In this document: positions 22,505 through 35,049 of the stretch, piece after piece
How positions within the stretch are numbered: position 1 is the stretch's first letter
Layout of the letters: each line of letters begins with the position of its first letter
From: an uncultured Nitrospinota bacterium
Lineage (GTDB): Bacteria > Tectomicrobia > Entotheonellia > J063 > CAVPRW01
Length of the DNA stretch: 64,000 nucleotides
Direction of reading: 5' to 3'
Assembly (NCBI GenBank): GCA_963707985.1
Contig: CAVPRW010000042.1
Span: 96,001 to 160,000, forward strand
Made by a program: the position numbers and the translations under genes
Notes under the pieces: model-generated
What the model was told of the DNA's origin: nothing
Seen by the model: the letters and a program-made list of their open reading frames with translations, nothing else
Database searches by the model: none

Positions 22505-23857
22505 CTAGAAACCCTTGATACCTTTAGTAGTTCTCAAGCCGGGAGGTTCCCCAAACGCCATCCAACGAGCAAACGCTCGGCGCTCCCTCTCGAGTGCATG
22601 ACCTCCCGACGAGAAAATGAGCTGTTCAAGCGCCAACAAGTTGACAGGACGGAGGATGACCTGGGCTCGACGGTTTCCATGGACCGGATCCCGGATGTCA
22701 ATCCTCGCTTCCTGGGCCTCTGGCTGGACCGTTGGGTAGAGGATGGCCGCACTCCCTCCGACATCTCGACTCAACGCATAGACCGCCAGTTGATACAGCA
22801 TGTCCGAAGGCAATGGCCTGGCCCAGAGATCCCGATATTTCGCATCTAGGATTGACACCACGGTTGCGCCCTTCAAAATCACATAGTCCGGTCGCGGTTC
22901 CGGTGGTCGTCGGTTCCAGGGATTATAGCCAGGAACGTAGGCCAGCATGCCCTTCAATCGATACTCGTCTCGGATGGCATACTCCAGTAAGTTCTCGCGC
23001 AAAAATCGGGAGAGCAGCGCCTGGAACAGGCGATTCATGTCGAAGAGAAATCCCGGCAATTGGTCTGGCGACTGGCCGTCATCTAAGGTGATCCCCGCGC
23101 CCTCTACGAGCAACTCGATCAGGGTGGTCGCTCCGGTGTATACCTTGGTCAATCGGTCCATTTCACGAGATAACCGCTTGAAGAGAGCCTGATCGAGTGC
23201 GATCGGAGAGACCTGCTCCTGCAGCCATCCCGCGAACCGTCGGAGGGTGGCGCGCAATACAAGATCAGTCGTCAGGCGCGCCCCAAGCCTCAAGCCCGCG
23301 AGGAGCACTTGGTTGACCAGACAATCTTCGATCCTGGGATGGGCGATGCAGGGCAGCGTCGTTTGGGTAAGCCCGCCATCGCGGACGATCCGGGAGATAT
23401 CGATGCGCCCTCGCGGGCTTGACAGCTGCTGATCGCGCCGGACATATCGGCGATGTAAGCCCCGCGACAGCAGTTCATTGGCCTCAGCGGCCAACTGATG
23501 GATGAGCACGTCCTGGAATGTCTGAGGTTCGGTGCCGTACCCCACCCAGGAAAACAATTTCAGATGGCGTAGGCCATAGGCATACTGAAATAGGCGTAAT
23601 AGGCACATCATGGGAATTTTGGGGCGGATCGTGATCTGGAGATCCCCAAGCCTGATCCGTCCGACATAGGACGTGGCCCGAAGAGACAAGCCCTGTCGCA
23701 GTTCCACAATGTCCAGCATGCCCGCTGTGGACAACCGAGTTGCCAGCTGTCGAACTCCACGAGCCTCTTCCAAGAACCTCCCAAAGAGCTGGGTGCCCGG
23801 CTCGGGAGCATAGGTTTCCCATTCCACAAGGTCGATGGCCGTTGGATTGGCCATCAC
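22505..23857 (-). CDS. mcrC: McrC-family restriction endonuclease subunit
   Basis: [24 protein letters not shown]-(D/E)xK PRPD...[14 protein letters not shown]. 4-bp overlap with mcrB. Confidence 0.9.
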   Translation of the reverse strand: MMANPTAIDLVEWETYAPEPGTQLFGRFLEEARGVRQLATRLSTAGMLDIVELRQGLSLRATSYVGRIRLGDLQITIRPKIPMMCLLRLFQYAYGLRHLKLFSWVGYGTEPQTFQDVLIHQLAAEANELLSRGLHRRYVRRDQQLSSPRGRIDISRIVRDGGLTQTTLPCIAHPRIEDCLVNQVLLAGLRLGARLTTDLVLRATLRRFAGWLQEQVSPIALDQALFKRLSREMDRLTKVYTGATTLIELLVEGAGITLDDGQSPDQLPGFLFDMNRLFQALLSRFLRENLLEYAIRDEYRLKGMLAYVPGYNPWNRRPPEPRPDYVILKGATVVSILDAKYRDLWARPLPSDMLYQLAVYALSRDVGGSAAILYPTVQPEAQEARIDIRDPVHGNRRAQVILRPVNLLALEQLIFSSGGHALERERRAFARWMAFGEPPGLRTTKGIKGF

Positions 23858-26149
23858 GTGCCCTCACCCTCGGCCTCGTCGACTGGGGCGTCGTCGTCTT
23901 CTGCGGATGACATCACCTCAGAGGCGATTGCTGGCCGCGTGGTCGCGATCTCTGGACAGGGGGCTAACAACGCCTGCACGAGATCATCCTGTCGCGGGTC
24001 CTCGAACAGCTCAGACCGCATCTGCTGCGCATGGATATCCACGAGCCCCTGGCCGAGGATACTCTCAAGGGCGGCATAGTCCTCGTAGCAGTATTCCTCC
24101 AACAATGGGATGATCTCCTCCTGGATGACTTTCGCGAGCTTTGGAACATCCGTCAGGGGGCGGCCTCCTTCCAGCAGATAGGCATGGCCGATCTGGAGGT
24201 TGCGAGCATCGCGGCCAATATGGTCACAGATTCGACGATTCAGCGCATCCAGCCAAGGCCCCAACGGAATGCCGCCCACGACGGCATCGCCCAACACCGA
24301 GCTATCCGGCATGAGCTCGATGAAGCCAAAGCGGCGTCGGAGCGCCGTATCCAGCAGGGCAATCGAGCGATCGGCGGTATTCATCGTGCCAAGGAGGTAC
24401 ACATTCTCGGGGACCTGAAAGCGTTCCCCAGTCAACGGCATGAGCATCGATAGGCCGCGTTTGTTCTTTTCCAGTACGGTCAGCAGTTCGCCGAAAATTC
24501 TCGGGATGTCTCCACGATTGATCTCATCGATGATCAAATAGAACTTGTGCTCGGGCTTCGCCGCAGCATCCCGGCAGAGTCGTTTAAAGATCCCATCTCG
24601 CTGCAGAAAGATCATGTGGCCATCGACCACGACGGGACGATACCCTTCGAGAAAATCCTCATACCCGTATCCCGGATGGAAACAGCACATCCGCACCACA
24701 CCCTCCGCACCATGACCATCTCCACACACAAAGGCCCTCTGATCGGTGCTGAGGTGCTCAAACGTGGTGCCAAAGACTCGAGCGGGCGGCTAGTTCCCGG
24801 GCGGTGAACTCCGCCCAATGGGTTTTCCCCGTGCCCGGCGGGCCATAGAGAATGACTTGTCCTTTGCGTTCGAGAATGGATTGGATGCGTCCAGGCAGAC
24901 CGTTGAGGCGAGAGGCAGGCAGTGACGGCTTCGGGATAGGTTGCGTTAGGGAAACGTCAAGGAGCTGGCTTTCAATCGCGATGAGGTTGCGCACATCGTG
25001 CTTGACTTCGTACACGGTCGTCCGGAGGCCTTCGGGGGTGGGCAGACGCCATTCGGCGAGCGAGCGCCATTCGACCGCGCGGCGATGCGGAAAATCGGAG
25101 GAGGGCTCATAGGTATATCCCCCGATCACTGTGCCCATACCAAGCACATTCGACCCATCCGAGGCTAAGACCACGTCCCCTTCGGCAATCACCTCCACGA
25201 ACCGAAACACTTCTTGCGTCTTCCTCCCCGCGAGCTGGGGGTTGTCTGGATAATACGTGTCGACCATCGATTTCCTCAGAGCCTCCCGCAATGCCTGGTT
25301 GGTGGTGTAGACGGAGAGATCTCCCAACTCGGGCCACCCAATCGCGACGCAACTCCCGTCGCGCATCAAGCCCCAGCGGTTCCGAGGCTGCGTCCCATCA
25401 CTCGTGCCAATACGCCAATAGTGATAGGGACGTCCATGCCTGAAATTCAGGATCGTGGTCAAACTGTTGAGCGGAATGCCCAGCTCATGGGCGATGGCCA
25501 CATAGCGACCGGCGACGATGTAGCGCCCCTCGCCTTCAGGAGGGATCTGGAGGAGTTTGATCAGATGAAAGCGTTGGTAGTCGGGACTGTGGTAATCATC
25601 CAGTTTGTCCGGATAGAGCAGGCTGAAATACTTATGGCCCCAGGCGAGGTCGCTCACATCCGGAGCGCGCCCGTCCATCTGCTCCTGCAGCACCCGATAG
25701 TCAGTGTCGGTTCCGTTGGTCGGCAGTTGCTCGAGGAGGTGGGTGCCCAGGATGAGTTGATCACGATGTTTTCTGGCATACTCGATGGCTTCTTCGAGCG
25801 AGATCTCCCGCTGATCCAGGGTCGTGCCCGTCGTCCAGGCCCCGGTTTCTTTGCGCCGATAGATCCCAAACTTCAAGGCGCTCCCACCGGCGATGCTCCC
25901 GAAGCGCGCTGGGAATTCTTCATCGTTCTTAAACTCGAGCCAGTAGACGAGGCTGTCGTGATTCCCATGGTCGTGCATCAGTTCGAGGAGGGCTTCCCCG
26001 TCGATGCTTTTCAGCTGATCCGGGCCGAAACGCTTTCGAAATGTCTCGTAATACCCCTCCAATTGGGTTTTCGAGAGCAGTTTCCCTTCGTTATTGAGCG
26101 TGGTATACAGCGCTTTGAGTTCCTGCGCTATGCGCTCGCCAAGCACCAT
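23854..26149 (-). CDS. mcrB: McrB-family AAA+ GTPase (one frameshift near 24770)
   Basis: [57 protein letters not shown]. Long N-terminal recognition region. Confidence 0.9.
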
Positions 26150-26243
26150 GATTGCCCCTCCAATGCCACGAAGGTTCGCCACTCGCACATGCCATCGTTC
26201 GTGGCCACCTATCTATCCCGATCACCAAAAACGGCTTGGAGTC

Positions 26244-26777
26244 TCACGGCCCAGGATCATCGTCCAGGAGGAGTTGTCGCTGCATGGGTGTTTCAACAGC
26301 GCGTGGGATATAACGGCGGACCCAGGCGATCGCAGCCTCTCCAGGCACGTCTAGGAGGCGCATAGCCACGGCAGCGGCGACCAGTCCTGTCCGTCCAATC
26401 CCGGCGTAGCAATGGATCGCCAGATGCTGGCCCGCCTGGGCATGCTGGATGATGGATGTGACGGTCTCTTCGAGCTGGTCTCTCAAAGGGACGCCGCCGT
26501 CGGGAATCGGCAGATGCAAGACCTGGAATCCTTCCTGCCGGTAAAGCCCCGGTAAATCCCGTCCTGTCATGGTGAGACACTCGTCCGCCTCGGCTAGCAG
26601 CACAATAATGGTAATTTCTTGCTGTCGAATTTCCTGCAGGACCCGGCCCTCGGGGTCATAAGGGCTATAGGGCATAGAGCAGCGAAAGATTCGACCTGGT
26701 AAGCCCATAGGCAATTCGGTGAGCAACCTTGGCTGAGAGTTGCGACGCGCTGTCAACGACGATTCTGGATCGGCCAT
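26244..26777 (-). CDS. Dual-specificity/tyrosine protein phosphatase (CDKN3-like)
   Basis: P-loop HCYAGIGRTG (CX5R), LPIPDGGVP acid loop, AVETPMQ. GGAGGAG RBS before ATG 26777. Confidence 0.9.
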   Translation of the reverse strand: MADPESSLTARRNSQPRLLTELPMGLPGRIFRCSMPYSPYDPEGRVLQEIRQQEITIIVLLAEADECLTMTGRDLPGLYRQEGFQVLHLPIPDGGVPLRDQLEETVTSIIQHAQAGQHLAIHCYAGIGRTGLVAAAVAMRLLDVPGEAAIAWVRRYIPRAVETPMQRQLLLDDDPGP

Positions 26778-26794
26778 CGCTCCTCCACCACCAA

Positions 26795-27931
26795 TTATGA
26801 GGCTCTCACTTCTTGAATGACCCAGTCGAGCGCCGCCAGAAACTGGCCGAGCACTGCCTCGTCCTTCAAGACGGACAGCGGGATACGCGGGCGTCGCGTG
26901 ATCCCGTCGGAGGGGATCTTGACCCCCGGAACGGTGTTGAGGCGGTGGAGCAATTCCAGGCGCTTTGCGTCGGCGGTGAAGGGAGGTTTCGTCTGCATCA
27001 TCTGGAACTGCACGACAAGGCGTCCAGAGGTCCACACCGAGATTAGCCAGTAGGTGGTGCCGCGGTCATCGAGCATGGGGAAAAACGAGCCATCTAATTG
27101 GCCCTTTCCCCACCAGATGCGGAGCTGGTTGCTCTCCGCCCACTCCAGAATCTTATGCGCTACATGGACCTCCTCCATGCCTCGCCTCGATTGTAATTCC
27201 TGGAGGAACGAGGCGACATCCCACTGTCGACCGCCACGAGACGGCTCCGCCTTCTTGCGCTGCGCTTCTACAGTTTGGCCGATGACCGTGGGTACAAGGG
27301 CCTTAAGGCCCTGGCCTGTATATTGTCGAATCTCGATCCCTAAGACCTCGGCCGGATCCATCTGCGCATTCAGAAATTCGATGATCCGTCTGAGCTCCGA
27401 TGGAATCTCATCAGCCACAAAGAGCAGGCGGACCCGCCCCGCTTGTAGGTTGGTTTTCACTCGCTGCCAGAAGACCTCAGGCGAGATATCGGCTCCAAGA
27501 AAATCTAGCAACACTTCTTCGGCATCACGCCCCTGCGCCTGGCAGGTCACTTCAAACCGGGTGCGGATCTGTTCCATTGGCCAGTACACCACGGCATTGG
27601 CGGCATAGTCAAGCATCTGGCCGACGACTTCGCGTCGCAGGCGGGTATCAGTGCTGCGCTTGACCTCCACCAGGGTGGGGGTCCCCTCCTGATCAAGGAA
27701 AACATGATCGACCGCCCAACGGCCGACCCCGTCGTCATTCGATGGTATGGGTGCCTCCCGTGTGATCAACAACCAGCGTCTCGGCACCTCCCGATCGATC
27801 TGATCTCCAGGCAGGAGACTCGGGTAGGTGGCTAGTAATTCTTGCAGCAAGGCCTCGGAGTCATAAGCCTGAGCTTTCATGTCGACCAGTTGGCCGTTAT
27901 CCTGCAGGAGATAAATGCCGCCTTGCATCAT
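26795..27931 (-). CDS. NucS/EndoMS-like PD-(D/E)xK endonuclease with extra C-terminal domain
   Basis: SEALLQELL, VDHVFLD...LVEVKR, RREVVGQMLDYA. Confidence 0.75.
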   Translation of the reverse strand: MMQGGIYLLQDNGQLVDMKAQAYDSEALLQELLATYPSLLPGDQIDREVPRRWLLITREAPIPSNDDGVGRWAVDHVFLDQEGTPTLVEVKRSTDTRLRREVVGQMLDYAANAVVYWPMEQIRTRFEVTCQAQGRDAEEVLLDFLGADISPEVFWQRVKTNLQAGRVRLLFVADEIPSELRRIIEFLNAQMDPAEVLGIEIRQYTGQGLKALVPTVIGQTVEAQRKKAEPSRGGRQWDVASFLQELQSRRGMEEVHVAHKILEWAESNQLRIWWGKGQLDGSFFPMLDDRGTTYWLISVWTSGRLVVQFQMMQTKPPFTADAKRLELLHRLNTVPGVKIPSDGITRRPRIPLSVLKDEAVLGQFLAALDWVIQEVRAS

Positions 27932-28046
27932 GGTTATTTTTACTCCATGTTCGCCCTTTCGAGGAGGCAGGGGGACCAGAGGATTTCCTCATGCTGGCCT
28001 ACTACTGAATCCGGCAAGAAGCACTTCTCTGTCGTTCGCGGAACAA

Positions 28047-31000
28047 TCACAGGGGATTTTCATCGGGCGACAAACCAGCCTCACGGTAATCAGCTTCGCT
28101 TAAAGGCTCACCGCGAATCGCTTCGAGCCAAGCCGTGAGATATGGATCCCCCCAGGTCAGGAGGCGAACGCCTTCCGTCGCCTGAACACCTTCGCCTTCG
28201 TCCCCCTCAGCACGTGCGGTGGGCGGATGGCGATCGGCCAGCTCGCCGCTGAACGTGGCCAGGATCTCTTCCGTAGCCTCGATACCCAGATGAGCGGGCG
28301 CATCAGCCCAGGTGATCGCCAGGCATCCCTGTGTGCCCACCCGGCTAGCTGTGGCCATACCGGGCTCCGGCACACAGAGAATCCGCATTCCTGGCGCCGG
28401 ATGCGCCAGGCACCAGGCGGCGAGCTGCTCTTGCGTGACCAGGGCAGGATCGACTCCCTCCGGGATGGTATTTCCCACGTCCTGACGAACACACTCCTCC
28501 AGCGCAGCAATCGCGACGCGCGGCTTTTCCCTGGCCGCTTCGTCGAGCAGGCGACGTGCTTCCGCCAACTCGATCTCGCCCCGCGCCAGCCGCCGAAAGA
28601 TGCGCGGCATCTCGGCCAGGATGGGCTGCAGCGGCCCGACGACTTCCTCGAAGAGGCCGATGCGGCGCTTGAGGGTGTCATAGGTGTCCTCTTCGATGGT
28701 GCCTTCCATATAGAGGTTGAGGATTTTCACGGCGGGCGCTTCCTGGCCAATGCGGTCAATGCGGCCGATGCGCTGCTCGACCCGCATCGGATTCCACGGC
28801 AGGTCGTAATTGATGAGCGCAGAGAACTGCTGTAGGTTGAGCCCTTCCGAGGCGGCATCGGTCCCCAGCAGGATAGTAATCGCTTGCGGATGATCACGCT
28901 CGGATCGGGCCTTCACTTCGGCCTTCTCCACCACCCGCCATCGGTTCGAGGTCGGCATCCCACACTTCGCCACCACGGCCCGAATAGCAGGCCAGCCGAT
29001 TCCCATAGCGCGCGACCAGTCGATCCCGAATAAAGTCGAGCGTATCGAGGTACTGTGTGAAGATGATGACGCGGTGCCCGTCAGCCACCATTCGGTTCAA
29101 TTGCTCCTGGAACACCTCGAACTTGCTGTCTACGGCGATTTGGCCGAGCGCAGTGATGTAATCCTGCAGGTAGAGTCGCTCTTGCTCCAGCCGCTCGCGT
29201 CGACGAGGGTCATGGTACCAACGCAGCAGACGTTGCCGCTCCCGGTCGATGACGAGGCTGACATCCGTCTCGTCGTCCTCCTCCTCGTCTTCCTCGAAGA
29301 TGTGCTGCTGCTGGAGGCGCTCGTCGACGTCGGATAAGTCTCGTTGGATGGCGGCAATGAGGTCGCGCCGGCGTTCGAGGCTTTTGTGGAAGGCGGCGAA
29401 GGAGCTGGCCAATCGCTTGCGGAAGACGGCCATCAGAAACCCAACGCCGCTCCGTTCGTCGGGCTGGAGATCGGCCAGCCGGTAAAACTGACTGCACAGC
29501 TCGTCGATGCGACGGTACAGCCTGCGCTCGGTCTCGGTCCGAAAGGTGACCGGGGCGTCTTCTGGGTTCCGAGTGGCTAATCCCCGAACGAGGCCACGCT
29601 CTTGATAGGCGCGCAGGGTCGCGCGCGTCGAGCGAAACATATACACGGCCAGCGGCGACTGTCGAGCCAGATACGGACTTATCGCCTCGGCCTGGTGGCC
29701 CGTCATCTGCTGCAACGCCAGCGTGAGCCCTGGGGTATGACCATTGACCTTGGCGACGAAGGCCTTCCAGGCGAATGGTGACCAGTGCTGGGGCACCTGG
29801 GCGTCATGCAGCTCTGGGGCGCCATGGTCGACGGCGAGACGCGTCATGGTCATCACTTCCGTACGGGCCTGCCGATCACGCGGGAACGCCTGCAGTCGCG
29901 CAAAGAAACCCTGAAAGCCCTGGACGTCACGCCAGCGCTGCCAGGAGGGATCGTCCAGGCCGCAGAGCAACAGCAGATCGTGCACCTCATGGGCCTCGAT
30001 CTGCATGGGGGTCGCCGTCAGCAACCAGAGGCTGCGGTAGCGGTACTGAGCCCGCAACCCTTGCAGCAAGGTCAGCAGCAGGGTGGGGCTTTCCTCGCCG
30101 AAGACGCGCCGCCGAGCCGCATGGGCTTCGTCCACGATCACGACATCCCAGGGGTGATGAGCCCCGACCACGTCGGGAATGCGCTCGCTCCGGGCGACCA
30201 GGTGGCGCGAGACGATGACGATGCCGTCTTCCTCCCACGGATGCTCCGTCCATCGCACCCGTCCTGCGACGTCGTGCAGGCATTGCCCATCGAAGAACCA
30301 GGCGGTGAGGGCGAATTTTTCCCGCAATTCCTCCATCCACTGCCGGATCAGGCTTCGCGGCGCGATGATCAAGGCCCGCTGTACTTCACCTGTCAAGATG
30401 AGCGAGCGCAGGGCCAGCCCGGCCTCGATGGTCTTTCCCAGGCCCACCTCGTCACAGAAGAGAAACGATTTCGGGAAGTCGGCGACGACGCGCCGGAACA
30501 CCTGGGCCTGATGCGGGAATGGCCTGAGCGGTTTACCGTCAGCCCAGAGAGGATCGAGGACGAGGCGCTCACCGCCCGGCCGTGTGGGCGCGCCCAGGAG
30601 CCACTGCGCGGCAAGGCGATCCCTGAGCGACGACGGACGTCGTGTCAGCGCGATTTCCATCGGGTCCTGATCAGGTGGGCCTTCGAGGGGCTCGAAGGCC
30701 CGCAGATGGTCGTGAACCGCTTGTGGGAGCGGCAGCACCAGGAGCCCAGGGTCACGCCCGCTCCAGATCTGCTCGAATTCCTCGATCTCAAAGCGAATAT
30801 CCTCGGCATCCTGCTCCGAGTACCAGGAGCGTTTGACCTCGAACTTTTCTCGGTTGCGAGTCCAGGCGGCGCCGGTCTCGTTCACGGAACCCTGAAAGGC
30901 GACCATGTCACCATTGGGGTCGTAGAGGATGCCGGCCTTGGGATGGTAGAGCGCGCCATGCCGCCCTGGATAGTATGGGCGGCCCGCATGATCGAGCGGC

Positions 31001-31473
31001 AGGGCTATCCTCACTTCGAGCAAACCAGCCGCCACCAACCAAGCGAGGGCGCCGAGTCGATGGCGGGCGATGTGGTCTTCTTGAGGACGCCAACCGGATG
31101 GGAGACCGAGGCGGATGCAGTCGTCGTCGGTAGGCTCGAAATGGCGTACCAGAGTCTGGTTCAGGCTCTCCTGCAGAGCCTCGATGCCGCGCTGATAGGC
31201 GGCGCGATCTTCGGGACTCCAGGTCGCACCCGTGATGACACGCATGCGCGTCTGCAGCCCGGGGAAGTCGCGCGCACGGCGGATGAAGGCCGCCAGCCCG
31301 GCCGCCAACTGCACCAGGCTCGCCGAATCGAAGTAGCCGGCCTGTCGGTCATACCGGACGGCCTGGCTGAGGACGGGGAGATAGAAGTCGTTGACGAGTT
31401 GACTGGCCTGGCCAGCATAGCGCCGACGCAGGCCGGTGAGATCGCGGAAGCCCATGAGGCTCAGAACCGCCAC
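28047..31473 (-). CDS. PLD(HKD)-nuclease-SNF2 helicase fusion (one frameshift near 28960)
   Basis: N-terminal HPKAG...GSVNET, then DEVGLGKT, DEAH, LTATPMQ, IFTQYLDT. Second frame has TDAASEGLNLQ, YDLPWNP, EQRIGRIDRIGQ. Confidence 0.9.
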
Positions 31474-34400
31474 GACTGCAGGACCAGATCCCAGGCGCGT
31501 CGAGCCTGGTGGGTCGCAGCCTGCCAGGGGTCATCCTCCCGGCGCTGTCGGAAGGCGGCTTCCAGCAGGTGCAGCGTGACCGCGAAGGCGCCCCGAAACT
31601 CGCGGTTGCTGCCGTAGCCCGACTCCTGCAGCCAGCGCCGCAGGGCCTCGGGACCTCGCGGACCGCCGTCCGTGCCGGTCATCAACGCCATGGCATTCCA
31701 CACAGCGGCTCCGATGAACCGCGGGAAGACGCGCTCCTCCCAGACGTCTGCCTCGCGTGCGGCAGGACCACGCAGCCCCTCTTCACCACGCAGGCGGCGT
31801 GACAACAGGCGCAGGTCCACCGCCATGGGATCGCGCAGCACGAAGGTGTCTTTCTCGGTGTCGAGCAGGCCAAGACGCTTGAAGGTGTCGGGATCGACAT
31901 TGAGGGATTTGGCGAGCTTGCGAACGTCGTCGCTGTGGGCGATGTCACCCTGGAAGGTATCGAGCCAGAGCCACAGCGTTTGGGTGTCGCGGTCCACGGC
32001 GTCGACGCTGAACCCTTCGGCCACGTCCTGGAGATCGGCCACCAGCGTCAAGTCGGCGAAGATCTGCTCGAGACGCCAGCGCGCCACCGCCTTGTAGGCC
32101 TCGTCCAGGGCATCCCCAAGGTCGATGGGTCGCCCCGCCAGGTCAGTGACCGGCCACTGACGCGCCACCTCGCCCAGCGCCGGACCCAACGCTGACAGGT
32201 AGAGGTCGGTCCCAGACAAGCCCTGCTTCTGGAAGCGCTCTGCCGCACCCCGCGCCACACGGGCCACCCGCTGCTGGACCGTGCCCCAATTCCCCACCGG
32301 CTGCTCGGATTCTTCGTGAGGTTGGCAGAGGAGCAACACGGTGCTACGAGCGGCATCGAGGCCGCGGATGTTCAGGCTGGACTCGGCTTCCGTATGGATA
32401 GGCACCGAGCTACGAATGTCGAAACCTGCGCGGATGAGGGCCATACCGAGGGCGCGCCAGGCCCTCGTCAGCCTGTGATTGAACATCACCACCATGCGTC
32501 CCGCTGGATGCAGGAGCTGCCGTGATCGGCGGAAGATGGTCGCCATTTTGTCTTCGTAGAACCGATCAGCACGCTCCTCAGCCGTTGACGGTTTAGGGCC
32601 CGCCGCTACGAGTGCCTGAGCCTTGGCCTCGGCGACCTTGACCTTACGCTGGCGCAATTCCTGGTAGGCCGCGTTGTAGCGAGCCTGCCAGGCGGCGAGT
32701 TCGGCGTCGGCCTCTTTTTGCCAGTGGGCCGCGTTGGCCACGGCCTCGCGGGTGGATTCGGCGAGCGGCTCGCGCATGAGATGAGCCAGCGCAGGCGAGT
32801 CGCGCAGCGCGCGCTTGAGCCAGACATAGAAGAAGTTGGAGAGCTCTGCATACTGGACGTTCTTATAGTAGGGAGGATCGACGCAGATCAGATGCACCGT
32901 CCCTGCGGCGGGGGTGGAGAGCGCGGCCGCGTCATCACAGGTGATGGTGGGGACAATCACTTCGGGCCGAAGATGGCTCTCGCCGGTTGGCTCGAATGGG
33001 GCAGGAGCCTCCAATGCCTCCCCTGCATCATCGGCTTCCTCAGTGTCGAGACCGGCTTCCTCATCCAGCTCATCCATTTCCTCATCGTCCGCACCTTCGA
33101 GGGACACTGGCTCCCCATGAATCAGCCGCGCCAGAGAATCATAGGCGTTGATCACTTGCGCAGCACCCCACATGACGGTCTCACGGGCGCCCTCAAATTC
33201 CGCAGAAGGCGGCACGGAACGCAAAGTCATGCCGCGAAAATGTCTGCGCACCCTGTTCGCCGCCTATAATGCCAGAAGGTATTGACGCTATTATAGTTCA
33301 CCACCTTGCTCAGAATGAAGGCCAGATAGACGCTCACGGCTTCGGCTTCGGCCTCGGGCAGTTCGGCTCGCGCCCGCGCTTGAGCCGCGCGGATTTCCTC
33401 CAGGATTACGACATTGGTGAGAAGCTGGCGGGGGAGGAAGAGGTCACGCCAGCGTGTGCAGTCCCATACTTCCGCGGCTCGCTTGTCTTCCTATCCTTCT
33501 GGGACATCCTCGGTCGGGATGAGATCCTGCGCTTCCCAGCGCGGTCGAAGTCGGGCCAACTCCTCTTTGGCAGCCTGGACCGCCTCGAGGTCAGCCTGGG
33601 TCGGCGCGCCGGAAGCGCCACAAGTAGCGGATCTTCACATCGCCGTTTTTGTAGGTCAGTTTGACCGGCACTTGAGAGCACACCGCATACATCTGGGCTG
33701 CCAGTCCTCCCTCTCGGGATCGGGCAATCGTCTTGACGGCCTCTCCGTCCATGATCTGCCCACAACGCGGACAGATCGCCTTGCCGTCCTTGAATGTCGG
33801 CGTCCCTCGCGGATCCCAGCTCTCGAAGCCAGGTCGCGGCCAGATACAGTCTTGCCACTCGGCGCGGGGTACGATACGGAAGGTGCAGTCGTTCCCTTCA
33901 CCGCGCGATGGCACCACAGGAAACACCGCGATGCTCGCCTCGGGCTTCCCTTTTTTCGAGACGAGCAGGAAGTTGGTGGAGAGTGGAATATTCAGGTCGC
34001 ATCTGGAGCAGGGGACGGTTCTGACACCAGAGGCAGTCCCTGGTTACGCATCATCCGAGCCGGTTCGCGAATCTACGATAGTCTTGCGTGAACTGTTGCT
34101 GACCACGCTCTTTCCTTCGGCAGGCCACCATAATCTTCAGGCTCTGCTGTAAAAGAACGTAGACAACCGACTACGAACAGCATTGTCAATTTCCTGTGCC
34201 AGTATGTTCTAAGCATCGACACGTAGCCCACGACCAAATCGTGCGGGGTACTCGAGAGTTGCCTTGAGTATCAGGCAGGCCACCGGATTTAGTTCATTGG
34301 CATACACCTTACAGCCATACCGGATCGCCTTCAAGCGGGATTGAACCTCCACCAGCCATGCGAATCGAGCAATACCATAGTGGGCCGTCGTCGAGTCCAG

Positions 34401-34949
34401 CAATGCGCGCTCTCGGCAGATCTGAAGCAATGCATGGAGCAACTCTCAGCATGGAGAGACTGCAAAAGCCGGGAGATGCCGATAGACCAGTGCATCGGGC
34501 AATGGGATCGGTCTACCGCCAATGAGGTAGTTCCTCACGAATGCCATCCGCCGGTATGCCGAGTCTGCATCCCCAATGATCCCCATGGCGCGCAAGAAGT
34601 TCTCGTGCTCTTGTGTGAGTGGCGTTGGTCTTACCTCGGAGAGCAGCCGCTCAAAGAAATCCCGATGTGGCTGAAGCTTGGGAGGTAGGTTGTCCAGATC
34701 CTCCGCTGTTGGCTCATCGGCCAGCGGGGGAAGCACGGAGTCGTCCAGTTGCAGGTCATGTGGCAGCAAGGCCGCCAGGATGGCCGCGCGACAGATCGTC
34801 GGTGGACGGCGCGCCCACCAGATGTGCAGGCGGTTCTGTGGTGGGCGTTGCCGGGCATTATTATCCCGCTGGCACTCGGCCGAGAGCGACGCACATGGCA
34901 GACCGGCCTCAAGAAATGATGCTTTGGTCTTCACGAACGCCTGGCTCAC
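31461..34949 (-). CDS. DUF1156-family amino-methyltransferase, multiply frameshifted in this sequence
   Basis: LHIWWARRP, reconstructable LDSMAGGGSIPLEAIR, ELNPVA..ILKATLEYP, Zn-ribbon CSRC/CPRC, catalytic DPPY. GTG 34949 with GGAGGAGG RBS. Confidence 0.82.
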
Positions 34950-35049
34950 TAGACCTCCTCCTGTTCCGTTTTTCCGGCGGCGCGTGTCACTCCGTTTCAA
35001 CACCCCTCTCCTGGCAGACTTGCGCTGCTGCTTCATCCCCGAGGCATCA

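Noticed and set aside
26778..27035. N-terminal extension of the phosphatase ORF in the track
   Set aside because: Overlaps the NucS-like gene. A strong RBS supports the start at 26777.
29785..31617. 610 aa + strand ORF
   Set aside because: Antisense to the PLD-SNF2 helicase, no motifs, typical of high-GC shadow frames
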